From NCBI GenBank assembly GCA_013239625.1, contig MU053185.1, forward strand, positions 1 to 64,000: 64,000 nt of DNA, read 5' to 3'. Source of the DNA: Lama guanicoe (taxonomy: Eukaryota). Below the pieces are notes generated by a model that was given only the letters and a program-made list of their open reading frames with translations, did no database searches and was not told where the DNA came from. Shown one piece after another: positions 13,455 through 26,000 of the stretch (positions are counted from its first letter, which is position 1; every line of letters begins with the position of its first letter). The position numbers and the translations under genes are program-made.

Positions 13455-14030
13455 GGGTGGAGAAAAGGGACCTCTCCTACACTGTTGGTGGGAATGCAGT
13501 TTAGTGTAGCTGTTATGGAAAACAGTATGGAGATTCCTCAAAACTAAAGAGAGACTTACCATAGAATCCAGCAGTCCTACTCCTGGGCATATATCCAGAG
13601 GGAACCTTAATTCAAAAAAGATACATGCACCCCAATGTTCATAGCAGCACTATTTACAAATGTCCATTGACAGATGACTGGATAAAGCAGCTGTGGTATA
13701 TTTATACAATGGAATATTACTCAGCCATTAAAAGTGTGAAATAATGTCATTTGCAACAACATGGAGGGACCTGGAGCTTGTCATTCTAAGTGAAGTAAGC
13801 CAGAAGAAAAATACCATATGTTCTCACTTATATGTGGAATATAAAGACAGACGAACTTATTTACAAAGCCGAAACAAACGTGGGAAGGGATAAATCGGGA
13901 GTTCAAGATTTGCTGATACTAACTACTATATAGAAAATGGCTAAACAAGAAGTTTCTACTGTCCAGCACAGAGAACTGTATGTGATATCCTGTAGTAACC
14001 TAAAGAATAGGAAAAGGAATATAGGTACGT
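13455..14030 (+). mobile_element. L1 3' fragment (young family)
   Basis: Aligns to the reverse complement of 3500-3940 and to 29124-29760. Confidence 0.85.
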
Positions 14031-15069
14031 ACCTCCTTCTTCATCCCCCAGCCGTGTAACTGTCAACTTGAAGTAAATGGAATTGACACCATAGTGGCCT
14101 TACTTCTTTGTATTGTACTTTACAAGTATTGTTTTGTCAAAACTTAGATCTGCATGAAGGAAATAACACAAAGATGTTAAGTGACTTTTTGTAACTCCAG
14201 TCATTTTCTGTAGAACCTCCATCCCTGATAGAGAATTTTAAAAGTTTTAATCAACCTCTTGCTGTAATGTCCCAACTTGTTCTCAATCAACAAGGCAACT
14301 TTTGGAGTTTGGGTTTCTTCCCTCGTCTCTGGCTGTCTTTCCTGTCATGCTTGTTCAAGGACCAGGAAAAGCCCTGGGAATGGGGGAGGTGGATGCTGCT
14401 GGGCCTTCTCACTGGGAACATCACTAGCCTCCAAAATAGAGTCTGAGCTGATTAATCAGAGACTGAAAACTACTCTTTGAAGAGTCTCTCAATTCTATTG
14501 AGAAACAGAAAAGCAAACCTTTTATGAAGGACCCCCCAAAATTTTTTTGATTGAACAAAATTCAGCATGTGAAAGAGTCTAAAACTTACCTGCTGTGATG
14601 AATACATGTATTATTTGTATAATTTCTACCTGATCTAAAACTATTAGAATTAAAAAGACTTAAAGGGTTTCAGTAAATTGTTTTTCTTCATTAAACAAAT
14701 TTTCATTCCCTCTAAAGAACTGTTTTACCAAGTCTTGAAATCATTTGCTCTGTCTTAATAAATTAAAGATAAAGAAGAATTTAAATAGCTTACCAGAGCA
14801 ATAAACTACATTTATTTGTTTGAATGATACTTCTTATAATATTTTACCTGATGTCAAGTGAATTTTTCCTGATTCTCTCACCTGATTCTCTCACCTCAAG
14901 GACAAAAAATAGGTCAAGTTCCCAAAGAAATCTGTCAGTACCTTTGTATTCAGATCAGTGTCACTTACTTTCAGCTACACCTATGACATGATGGGAAAAT
15001 TAAATTTTCTCCGACAGTGGCCAAGTTCAAAATACCTTCTACATCAGAGCAGATTGCTTTTTGTTTGCT

Positions 15070-15245
15070 CTGATGCTGGGCCTCTTGCCTTCAAATCCCA
15101 ACTCCAACATTTCTGTTTTAAATGACCTTGGTTTTATTATTAGGTAACCTCTCTGAGCCTCCATTTCCTCATCTGAAAGTGAGGATGATAATTAATTATA
15201 CCTTCATTATTGGGTGTGGATTGAGAATTGAGTTACTATACTTAA
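15070..15245 (+). mobile_element. MIR SINE
   Basis: aacctctctgagcctccatttcctcatctgaaagtgaggatgataat core. Confidence 0.6.
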
Positions 15246-16834
15246 AGACAAAAATGGAACTACAATGCCATTTTTACTTTAACTCTTCAAAATGAGAGTC
15301 TGATTTTCTTTCCTAGTTTTTTGCCCTAAAAGAAAAAACATACTAGTCTGTAGATTTCATTTCCCAACATGCCAGAGAAACCAGAGATTGACTTTTCATG
15401 TTTCGCTTATGTAATTCAATTTCATGTGTATGTATTACTGATGCTTGATTATCCCAAAGTGGCCAGACAAGATTAAGAAGCCACTTTTTACTGTTTATCT
15501 AAGGTTAGCATTATACAATTATTTGCAATCACAAGTATTCACTGGTTCTATACTTCCACTTTTAAAAACCTTGTTTTTTAAATGATGTAAACCAAAGATG
15601 TTTGTTAATAATATCTTTGTGATATACTTGCAGATTATAATTGTAGATGGCTGGTTTTCTTTTTTAGATGTGCCTGCATTAGTAAAGTTTTATATTGCAT
15701 TTTCTATAATCAGAAATAAAGTGACGATTATACAAAAAGTTATTGTTAAAAAAGTCTCCTGTATCTGTGTTTTATGAGTTTCCATCCAGTGATTATTAGT
15801 GAAACAATCACTTGATAATTTCAGGTTTGGGGTGTTTTCCTAAAATAAGTGCTGTATCTCCACTCTTTGCTTGCTTTCATACTGTACCTTGCATGTTTTC
15901 ATCTGTTCCGAGCATTCAGTAGAGCAGACCACATTTCTTACAGAGCATGTCCAAATTTTCTCTCAGAATCACTGGATGGTTAGAGTAATACTGTACCTCA
16001 TAGAGGAGCTAGCTCAGGGGTGGGAACATTGATGGCTGTGGGTCATCATTATCCCCACAGAGTACTTTAAAAGCCTGTGTGACTAGTAACATATAGTGCT
16101 ACAAAACAAGTAGCTTTAGTGCCCAGAGTCTTACTTTCGGCCAGATAGTCAAATAATATTAATTAGTGACCTGTAATGCCTGCAAACAAATATGCCTGTG
16201 AGAAAGGCCTTTATTGGCTAAGTTTAAGCACTGAAAACAGAGGCATTGGGATTGGAGGTGGTGTTTGTACCAAAAACTTGATATATAAAAATTCATTATA
16301 ATCACTATAAATTACTGAGTGTTTATATGCTAGGGCCTTAAGTAGATGTATTAGATCTGTGTACTTCAGGGCTAGAGAGAAAGCTGGGGAGGAATTTCTG
16401 GTAGAAAGGGACCCAAAACAGAACCATTTGAAAGCAAGGTGTCCATCTGTGAAGCGGCTGAGCGCTAAAAGCCTCTGCCTGCCTGAAATAGCGCATACTG
16501 ACGACAGGATCCGGGGTGACCACCTCACAGCTGGACGTGGAAAATGATAGTTCACTTAGATTTTTAAAGGAAGATTATTTGGTATAATTGGGAAAGAGGA
16601 AATCCCTCATGCTTTGTTTTTTCCTCCCTGAATACAAATAACGCCAAGTCTTGAAGACTTCTGGGTTCTGACCGTTTTAGGGGAGGATCCAGAGTGAGCA
16701 CCACAGTTTATTTGTACTTTCTTGTCATGAAAAATATTTGAAACAACAGCTCTGGTTTTGGATTTTGTTTTCATCAGGTTACTAGAACCCAGCTATGTGT
16801 TCATATGGTATTTCCTATCTTTGGGTCACACTGA

Positions 16835-17350
<516 letters not shown>

Positions 17351-18744
17351 AACTACAAACCTCTTTTTACTATAATTGTTTTTAAAATACTAATGAAAGA
17401 ACTTTCTAGCACTTTACCACTACATAAATGTCCATTTGACTTATTGGACTCTGACAGCATACCACTTCGCATTCTGATTTGATTTTCATTAGTTTTATTT
17501 CCTACTATAAAATCATTATCTATGCTCATTTTTGCTAATGGAAATATGTGAAGAGGGAAAACAGGCTAGTGGGGGGTCTTCATGTGTACACACACGCGTG
17601 TGTGCGCATCAGCCCAGTATATGCACAACTCACTTAAAACACTATTAACTTCTGTCTAGATCACCCATAAAGGGAACATTACTCACCAAAATTGGGGGGG
17701 GGCGGAAGGCACCAACCATTTGTGTCATAGCCAGCAATATGCTGTTGACTTTTGAAAATAAGATGACCTGAGCATGTCTTCTAATTCTTACAGGTTTTCA
17801 TTAACCTCCTTTTTCTTAAGGTTTTCTGACCTTAAAAGGAAAAAAAAATGAATGTAGTCAATCTCGACTTTAGAAACATCTCAGAAAGATAATGAAGATG
17901 GTACAATAAACACGAATTTGCTTATTAGTGGCATCGGGCTGGCTTTGTAGGAGGGACTTTCTGTTGACTGCCTCCCCCACAAGAATTAAACAGTATTTGC
18001 TTATTATCTTTGAATGTCTCATGCTATTTGTATTAACATCTTGGTAGCGTGGATTTCCTGACAACGGAATACTTTCTAAAATAGACATAGGTATTAATGA
18101 CAGGGAACAGATGCAGATTTCTCCTTTGCTCTCTGGGGACAATATTTTCTTCCTCGTTGTTTCACTGCATTTTAGTCTACTCCCTCTGCTCCCACCACAG
18201 AATCTTCAAACACCTAGGAATTTAGCTAAAATTCTTGATGTTATTTTCTTAATGGTTTTGTATAGACTGAAGCTTTTGTCTCACGATGATTAGGAGGTAA
18301 TTTTCCATTAAATTAAGAAGTGTGATTTTTATATTGTTCTCCAGTAGGTGGCGGAAGAGTGCAAAATCTGTGCTGTGGCAGGTGCACAATAAATCTGTTA
18401 TAGCTGCACACAGATCTCAGTGTTGGTATTTCATTTTGTATTTTCATCAGATTTTACCTGCAGGATTTTTACTTTTCCCTTGGAGCGGGGGGAATTGGCT
18501 GTGAATGAACTGCAACAGCAATTGGCTCAGAAAAGAAAGAAACCAGTTGTCTGGTGTGAAGTTCTATTATGTGTGCACTGATGGAAAATTCATCCCATCA
18601 GTCAGGGACGTGTCTGTGCCACTCCCCAGACTCCTGAGTGTTGGGTAAATTGGTTGACGAGGCAGAGGGAGTGCAGGTTGAGGAAATGTCATACCCTGTT
18701 GCCTCCGTCTCCATCCCCACCAACCCCTGCCCCAAGCCCAAGGA

Positions 18745-18985
18745 AGGAGGACCCTAAATGAGGAGTCAGATGACCTGAATTCTAATCCCACCCTGCCACG
18801 TACTTGCCAGGCTACCCTGGGAAACACCCATTTCAGACCCTCAAATTCCTCACCTCTGAAATGGTGACTGTATTTTTTGTCCTGCCTTTGTCCTGGGGCT
18901 TTAAAAGGATCCAATGAGATGGTGTGCATGAACGTAATCTGTAAGATGTGACGAGTTATCTAGGTGTAAGGTCGTAGCATTGTCC
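18745..18985 (+). mobile_element. MIR in the PRRG1 3' UTR
   Basis: gagtcagatgacctgaattctaatccca...cctcaaattcctcacctctgaaatgg...aatgagatggtgtgcatgaa. Confidence 0.65.
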
Positions 18986-19486
18986 TCACTGCCCTTAAGG
19001 CAGAATCTTTGCCCTGTTTCCCTAAAATTTCTCCGAGTTTTCACACAGTGAGAAATAGACTAGGCTGCCCCATAAATGGCGAACATGTTCCTAATCTGAG
19101 CGTATGGCCTCTTAAACTCCTGCCATTCTCTGGTCTACACCAAAGCTGTGCCAACTTAACGACGACTGCCAGCTCAGCACAAACAGGAATCAACAGATGT
19201 TGGCAAGAGGAACTGCGATGTATGTGGTTAGTTAATAGGTTTTATAGCTTTCATGAATTAAAAATATTGAACCTGGTCTCAGCAGAAATGACAATAATGT
19301 TTTAAATTTGGCTGCAAGTACATGGTGATCTTTGGCTTCTGTTTAAAGCTGAAAGGCTGAGTGTCTGATCCACTGATTTGTATTTGTGTGTGTGTGTGTG
19401 TTTCGGTTTATTTTTAAAAGAAAATTAAGGTTCTTTTTGTGTGGACTTTTTTTTTTCGGTCATTAATATCAGGCCTTAGACTAAAC

Positions 19487-19882
19487 CAGCAGTTTTCAAA
19501 GTATGGCCTACGAAGCCCTGGGAGTCCGTGAGGAACTTTGCAAGGATCTGTGAGATCAAAGCTGCTTTCCTGGTGATACACAAACATTGTCTTTTTACAC
19601 TCTCTCTCTCTCAAAAAAGTAGTTTAAAAAGTAAGTGCCATCTTCCCACAAATTATTTTTCTCTTTTAAATAATATAGCTCCTTTCTTTAAAATGTTATT
19701 TATGTTGGCATGTAATGGACTTCTTAATTTTTAAGTGAATACTGTCTTCAGTTTTATTTTCTAATACAACAAATACCGGTAGATATGAAGTCCAGAAACA
19801 AAAGCTCCTTGGCGTCCAGCTCCCCAGTAAATGTTAAAAGTATAAAGGGATCTGGAGACCAAAAGTGTGACAATTACAGGGT
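19487..19882. mobile_element. hAT-Charlie-type MITE in the 3' UTR
   Basis: Terminal inverted-repeat-like ends cagcagttttcaaagt / aagtgtgacaattacag and Charlie-like internal phrases. Confidence 0.55.
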
Positions 19883-20837
19883 TAGACAAAGGAGCAGAAT
19901 ATATTCTTGCAATTTTATTTTACATTTTAAACTCCCAGTATTGGATTTAATGCTGCCTCTTAGAGATACCTGAATTTAAGTAAAAGAATGAATGTTGATC
20001 CTTAAAGCAAAATCCAAACGCTTACACTGATCAATGACTACAGCTTGTCAGACTGTTGGTCAAAGAAAACACTCTCCTCCAGTCGTAACTGGCCTCAGCC
20101 ACAGGTCTCACAGCAGCGCTCACATGATGCTGACAAGATAAATAAACACTGCCTTTAAGAAACCTTCTCTTAGGCTTGTTCGTTTGATTTTGGTTTGGGT
20201 TTTACATTTCTAAAAACCCCTTTGCTACCCTATCTGGTTTTATAAACCGAGTTTCTTAACATTTATTATAAAGGGGCTTGTCTGGAATACTATATATTTT
20301 TTATGCTTTTGCCTTTCTTACCTGATTGATATTACATTCACCTTTGATCATTTTTAATAAAGGTTTATTTTTACAGATTTAAGTAGTACCTTTCTGAAGC
20401 AGTAACTAAATTGAATCAACCAGTTTGCATCTAAATGAAAGAATGGGTTTCGTGGTCTTTCCTAGTGGAATGGTTTCCGGCCTCCACCTGCAGTGGTTGG
20501 GTCTGGAATCCCCGAAGTGGCACTTTTCTGCCTCCCTGCTTTGAATGTCACAACGAATTGTATCTGCTTAAAGTAAGTGAAAGGATTTCTTTTTTTCCTA
20601 TCTCCTGTACAAATACAGATGCTGTGTTTGATTCATTGTTAATGATGACTTCAAGATGGATGATCTGCTATGATAACTGTAGAGGGAGCTTTTAACTTGG
20701 TTCTCTGTAAATAGCATGTATTTTATTATAATATTTCACATTTTAAAATACTTGGTTTACATTAAATTATGGTATTTAACTTTTTATGTTTATACTAGGT
20801 AAGGTTTTTCTTATGTTTCTGTGTTTTTGGTATGCTA

Positions 20838-20843
20838 AATAAA
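20838..20843 (+). terminator. Polyadenylation signal AATAAA of PRRG1
   Basis: AATAAA preceded by a U-rich tract and followed by GU-rich tatgtgttaattatgttatggtt. Confidence 0.65.
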
Positions 20844-21565
20844 GCTATTTTTAAACCCAAGAGATTTCTTCTGCTATGTGTTAATTATGTTATGGTTAGG
20901 TGATAAGCATGCTGCATAAGCTCTTATTAATTATGATCTTTTTAACGCGATAAAATGATTAATTTCTTTTTGTTCTTGTATATTTAGGGAATACTGCTCA
21001 GTAAAGAAATCATAAATTACCTGGTAAAAAACTCAGGGTGTTCTCTGTGTAAGAAAGAATTTGGTGAAAAACTCAGGGTGCTCTGCATGAGAAAGACGTA
21101 TCTGTACCACTTTTGAATGATGCTGCCACGATACAAAATGGCAAGACTCGCTCCAGTGGGATAGACCGAGCTGCTTGCTATAGTGCAGTTTGTCAATTAG
21201 TGGGAACAGTGTTGTCTGCAGATACAAAGGAGCTGGGTTCTTCCTCCTTAGCAGAAAAGCTTGTGGTTGACATTTAAGGAAATGAGAAAGGAAAGCACAA
21301 GATGGGAATATTTGTGACCACCAGGTATCTTCCTAAGTGCAGTTACTTGAAGTAACTAAAAGCTGACGTGATATACCATTAACCAAGCAAATATAAATGT
21401 GGCTTGATCTTTATGGTATAAAAAATTAAAACTATTTACTTATATCCAAGGAAGAATTTTAAGTATAAATTGTAGGTCTAAATACACCTTTTATAAGCAT
21501 AAGTTTTCAGAGAGTTGTCTAAAATGTCATAAAAAGGTACTTTTAAAAATATATAGCAATTTATA

Positions 21566-21896
21566 CGGGTAGCAGCAAGATGGCGGAGTAGAGAGACTCA
21601 CAACTCGCCCTCTCCCACAAACACACCAAGAATTACATCTACAAACCCTCGGACTCGCACAGAACACCTACTGAACTCTGGCAGAGTGTCTCTCGCTTTG
21701 AAGTACAGGATTCTCACAAAATCCGATAAACAAGTTTATACTGTAAAGCACAGGGAACCATATTCAATAGCTTGTTAACTTATGGTGAAAAAGAATATGA
21801 AAATGAATATGTGTGTTCCTATATGACTGAAGCACTGTGCTGCACACCAGAAATTGACATTGTAAACTGACTATACTTCAATAAAAATATTTTTAT
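21566..21896 (+). mobile_element. ~330-bp bipartite L1 derivative (5' UTR start fused to 3' UTR end)
   Basis: Starts gggtagcagcaagatggcggagtag (L1 5' terminus with YY1 motif); second half matches L1 3' UTR at 29651-29780; AATAAA at the end; 17-bp TSD atatatag(c/a)aatttata at 21549-21565 and 21897-21913. Confidence 0.85.
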
Positions 21897-23087
21897 ATAT
21901 ATAGAAATTTATAAAAATTAATGGAGAGATCAATGCATCCATGAAACCCAACACCTAGATCAAGACATTTCCAGCACCCAGAAGGCTCCCTCTTACCCCA
22001 TCTACTTCTTAAAGATAACACTATTCTCACATCTGTCATAAAAGATCAATTGTTAAAATTTCAAACTTGGCTGTGGCCATATGGACTTGCTTCTTTTCCT
22101 TTTTTAAATTCTTAAGTCTATTTCCAAAAAGTTCCAGCCACAAGTTCCAGATCTGTTCTCCCATCTCTTGACTCTCCTTGAAATCACCTACTCTTGCTAA
22201 GCCTTTTCCACATACCTGAAGCTCTCTGAGAGCACCTACTCCTTAATGCTTGTCTTTCTGCTGTAACTCTTATCATCTGCCATTTCCTTAAATTTTGTAT
22301 GGTGACATTTTGTTCTCAGCAATTTTATTTACTTTATGTACTACATTTTTATAGATCAAAACCTATAATCTGGCCCCACAGGCTTAGCTAACCTTATTTC
22401 TTTGCATTGCTCCTATCTTTACAAAGTGCCTACCTTGCGTTAGACACTAATGGGGTGAGACAGCAATGGTGCCGATAGCCCTTGTCCCTGGGGGTTAGAC
22501 TGGGCTAACGTTCTCACCTTCTAATTTAGTGTAACCCTAATCCCACCCCATCTCACAGAGATTCTTCTTGCTCAAAGTCCCATGGTGTTTATATAAGTTT
22601 TTAGCAATGGAAACTAAGCTTCAAAAATTTTCCCCTAGAACCCTAGACTACTGTGGTTGACTAGTAGTGGGAAGTGGGAAGCTTGGAACCTCACCATCTG
22701 TGACCTTCCTTGTCAATCCCCCTTACTTCAGGTCAGTCCAAGTTCACTCTGCAAACATCAGAATTTGATGAACATAATTGGAAAACCACTATAATACAAC
22801 ATCTACTGATGTCCACTTTCATAGCCCCTCATCTTAACACACACACACACACACACAAGCACTAACAGACTGCTTAGGGTTCAAAATGTTCTTTCTGGAC
22901 CAACAGTTCCCAACTCACAAGTATACTGCACTGGCAAGCAACATACACTATCTATTAAAATTACGGCAGAGAGGCAGACTGTTTACATCATTTTCATCAT
23001 CACCATACTTTTGGCTACATTTTCAATACTCAGTCCTCTTGCATTTGTGGAAATGATAGTTCCATAAACCACATTTAAAAATAAGTA

Positions 23088-26000
23088 GGGAGTAGTGTCA
23101 ATGAAGATAGCATGGAATAGCGAACTCCAAAAGCATGTTCTTCCAGAAAAGTAGCAAACAACCTGCCAAAAACTGTGAGAATCAACTTCATTAGAACACT
23201 GGAAACTACAGTTTATAGCAACCAATCAAGACAAAACCTTTAACTTACTCTGGCCTTATCCCCTGCTTCCCTTCTCAGTGGCATCATGGAAGACAACAGC
23301 TCACTTCCCAGATATAGGTTCCTGGGAGAAAATGGACCTTATTCTCAAAGAATTGTGGTTGCTCGTTTAGCCCTGTATTTTGGCTTCCTGAAGTACCAGC
23401 TCAAAGGGCTTATCTTTATTTCACCTTACTTGGAACTCTCCGAACTTGGAGGCACCTATGGGGACAGGGGTGAGGGAGGCAGTCAAAAATACTTAGTGGT
23501 AAAAGCATTAACTGCTACCAACTGGACAAGGGATAACAGTGGGATAAACAGAGAAACTGAAAATCTTGGGAGGAAAGGCTAGGAAATGAAGACAGTAAGG
23601 GCTTTGAAAAGCTCCCACATTGTCTTAGGAATATAGAAAGCCAAGCACATATCCAGAGCTGGATGCATGCTCTAAAAAATCTGAGAGGCTTTGAACGCTC
23701 ACCTTTGACCTTCAGGTCCTCCATAAGCAAGAAGTAAAGTGATGACACAGTTGTGTATTGTATGGCTGGAAGTTGAAGGCTTCCTCCGACACCAAGAGCC
23801 CATCTGCAAAAACTAGGACACTTCTTTTATGATGGGGCTACAGGGGGCACGCTAGGTGTTTAAGGAACTGTCAGATCACTAGCTGACTGCTACAATAACA
23901 GAAATGAGACTTCAGTGGCCACATATCACAGACAATATAGACTTTACAAAAGAGTTCAAAATGTCACTAAAACAACAAACTACTAGAATAGCAAAAGCAA
24001 ACCCTGAGGAGGGGGGAGAATCTGATTCCCAGAGTTGCTGTTCTCTAATATTAATTCATAGCTCCTCCTACTGCTTACTAAAGTACATGATCCCCGCCGT
24101 CTACGAAGCCCGAGCAGAGAACCCAGGCAACCATGGAGCCCGTCCTACAGCCTCGTGGGGTCAGGGAACTGAGCCAACAGTCCTGTCCAACAGTTCTCAG
24201 CCAATAACACACCCTCAGCCTCGAGCTCAGGCAGTGGCCTCACCGAAAAATAGACCCAGATGGCAAGCCCCATCAGCTCAAGGATTTTACCAGTAGGTAT
24301 GTCCAGGAACCCAAACTGAGCTGACTGGTTAAGAGCTGTCTCTGCCAAAGCAAGTCTGTAAAGTCTGAGAAAGGAAACCACTTAAATATGTGCAGATACC
24401 AATATAAGGAATCAAAGATCATTTTTTAAAAAAACGTAAAAATGAAACCACCAAACGAAACTAATAAAGCTTCAATAACTGACCCTAAAGAAACAGAAAT
24501 GTATGAACCATCAAAGAATTCAGAATAATCTGTTTAAAGAAGTTAAATACAAGAATACACAGACAACTCAATGAAATTAGGAAAACAATACATGAACAAA
24601 AATAAAAGTTCAAAGAGATAAAAACCATCAAAAATAGACAATAAAAACAAATCCTAGAGCTAAAAAGTATAAAAATATAATGAGTAAACTAAAGAATTCA
24701 ATAGAGAGTTTCAAAAGTAGACTCAACCATGCAGAATAAGGAATTAATGCTTGAGAAGACAGGAATATTGAAATTACCCAGAGGAGAAAAAAGAATGAAA
24801 AGAGTAAAGACGCTGATGGGACATACAGGACACAATGGAGAAAAAAAATAATAATACCTGCATTATGGGAATTCCAGAAAGAGAAGAGAAAGACAAAGAG
24901 ACAGAAACTGTATTTAAAACAATAATAGCTGAAAACCTCACAAACCAAGGGAGAGAAATGGACATCCAGACCCATGAGTCTTAAAGGATCCCAAATAGGT
25001 TGAACTCAAATAGGGCTATGCCAAGACACATTACAATTAAATTGTCAGACGTCAAAGACAAAGAATTTTGTAAACAGCAAGAGAAGTTGCAGACAAGGGA
25101 GCCCCCATAACACTAACAATGGAGTTTTCAACAAAACTATTTCAGGTCAGGAGAGAATGGAATGATATATTCAAAATTTTGAATTAAAAAAAAAAACTTA
25201 ACCAAGATTTCTATACCTAACAAAGCTGTCCCTCAGAAATCAAAGTGGGATAAAGACTTTCTCAAACAAACAAAAGCTGAGGGAGTTTGTCACCACTAGA
25301 CCTGCGATATAAAAAATGCTAAAGGGAGTTCCCTGAGTGGAAGTAAAAGGACAATAATAAACGTCATAAAAACATAAAAAGGTAGAGTGAAACTCACTGG
25401 TAATGGTAAATATATAGTCAAAGTTAGATTCTGTAATATGATAATGGTGGTACATAATTCACTTACGACTCTAGTTTAAAAGTTAAAAACAAAGACAGTA
25501 AAAAATACCATAACTACAATAATCTGTTATTAGTTACACAATATGAAAAATATATAAACTGTAATACTAATAACCAAAAACGTGAGGGAAGGAGAAGTAA
25601 AAGTGTAAAGCTTACACATTCAATTGACGTTAAGCTGTTATCAGTGTAAAATAGGGTGTTGCAACTTTAAGCTGTATTATGTGAGTCTCATGATGACCAC
25701 AAGGACAAAATCTTTAGCATTACACAAAAGAACATGATTAAGAATTCAAAGTATACAGATACCAAGACATCAAAATACACACAAAAAAAGACAGCAGGAA
25801 CAATGCATTTACAAAACAGTCAGAAAACAATTAAGGAAATGACAATAGTGAACCCTTACCTATCATTCATTACTCAATGTAAATGAAATAAAATTATCCA
25901 ATCAAAGGACATAGAATGGATGAATGGATTTAAAAAACAGTATCAATGATACACTGCTTACAAGAGACTGACTTCAGCCTTTCAGACACACATACTAAGA

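Larger units (their letters stand above)
17351..20860 (+). other. PRRG1: PRRG1 3' UTR (~3.5 kb)
   Basis: Follows the stop codon; U-rich terminal block ending at AATAAA 20838; the end point is inferred. Confidence 0.65.

Noticed and set aside
16211..16555. Overlapping intronic ORFs before the PRRG1 exon
   Set aside because: No recognisable motif; not the PRRG1 Gla exon
20356..20361. Upstream AATAAA as the main PRRG1 poly(A) site
   Set aside because: Possible alternative site, but the context is stronger at 20838; cannot be decided from sequence
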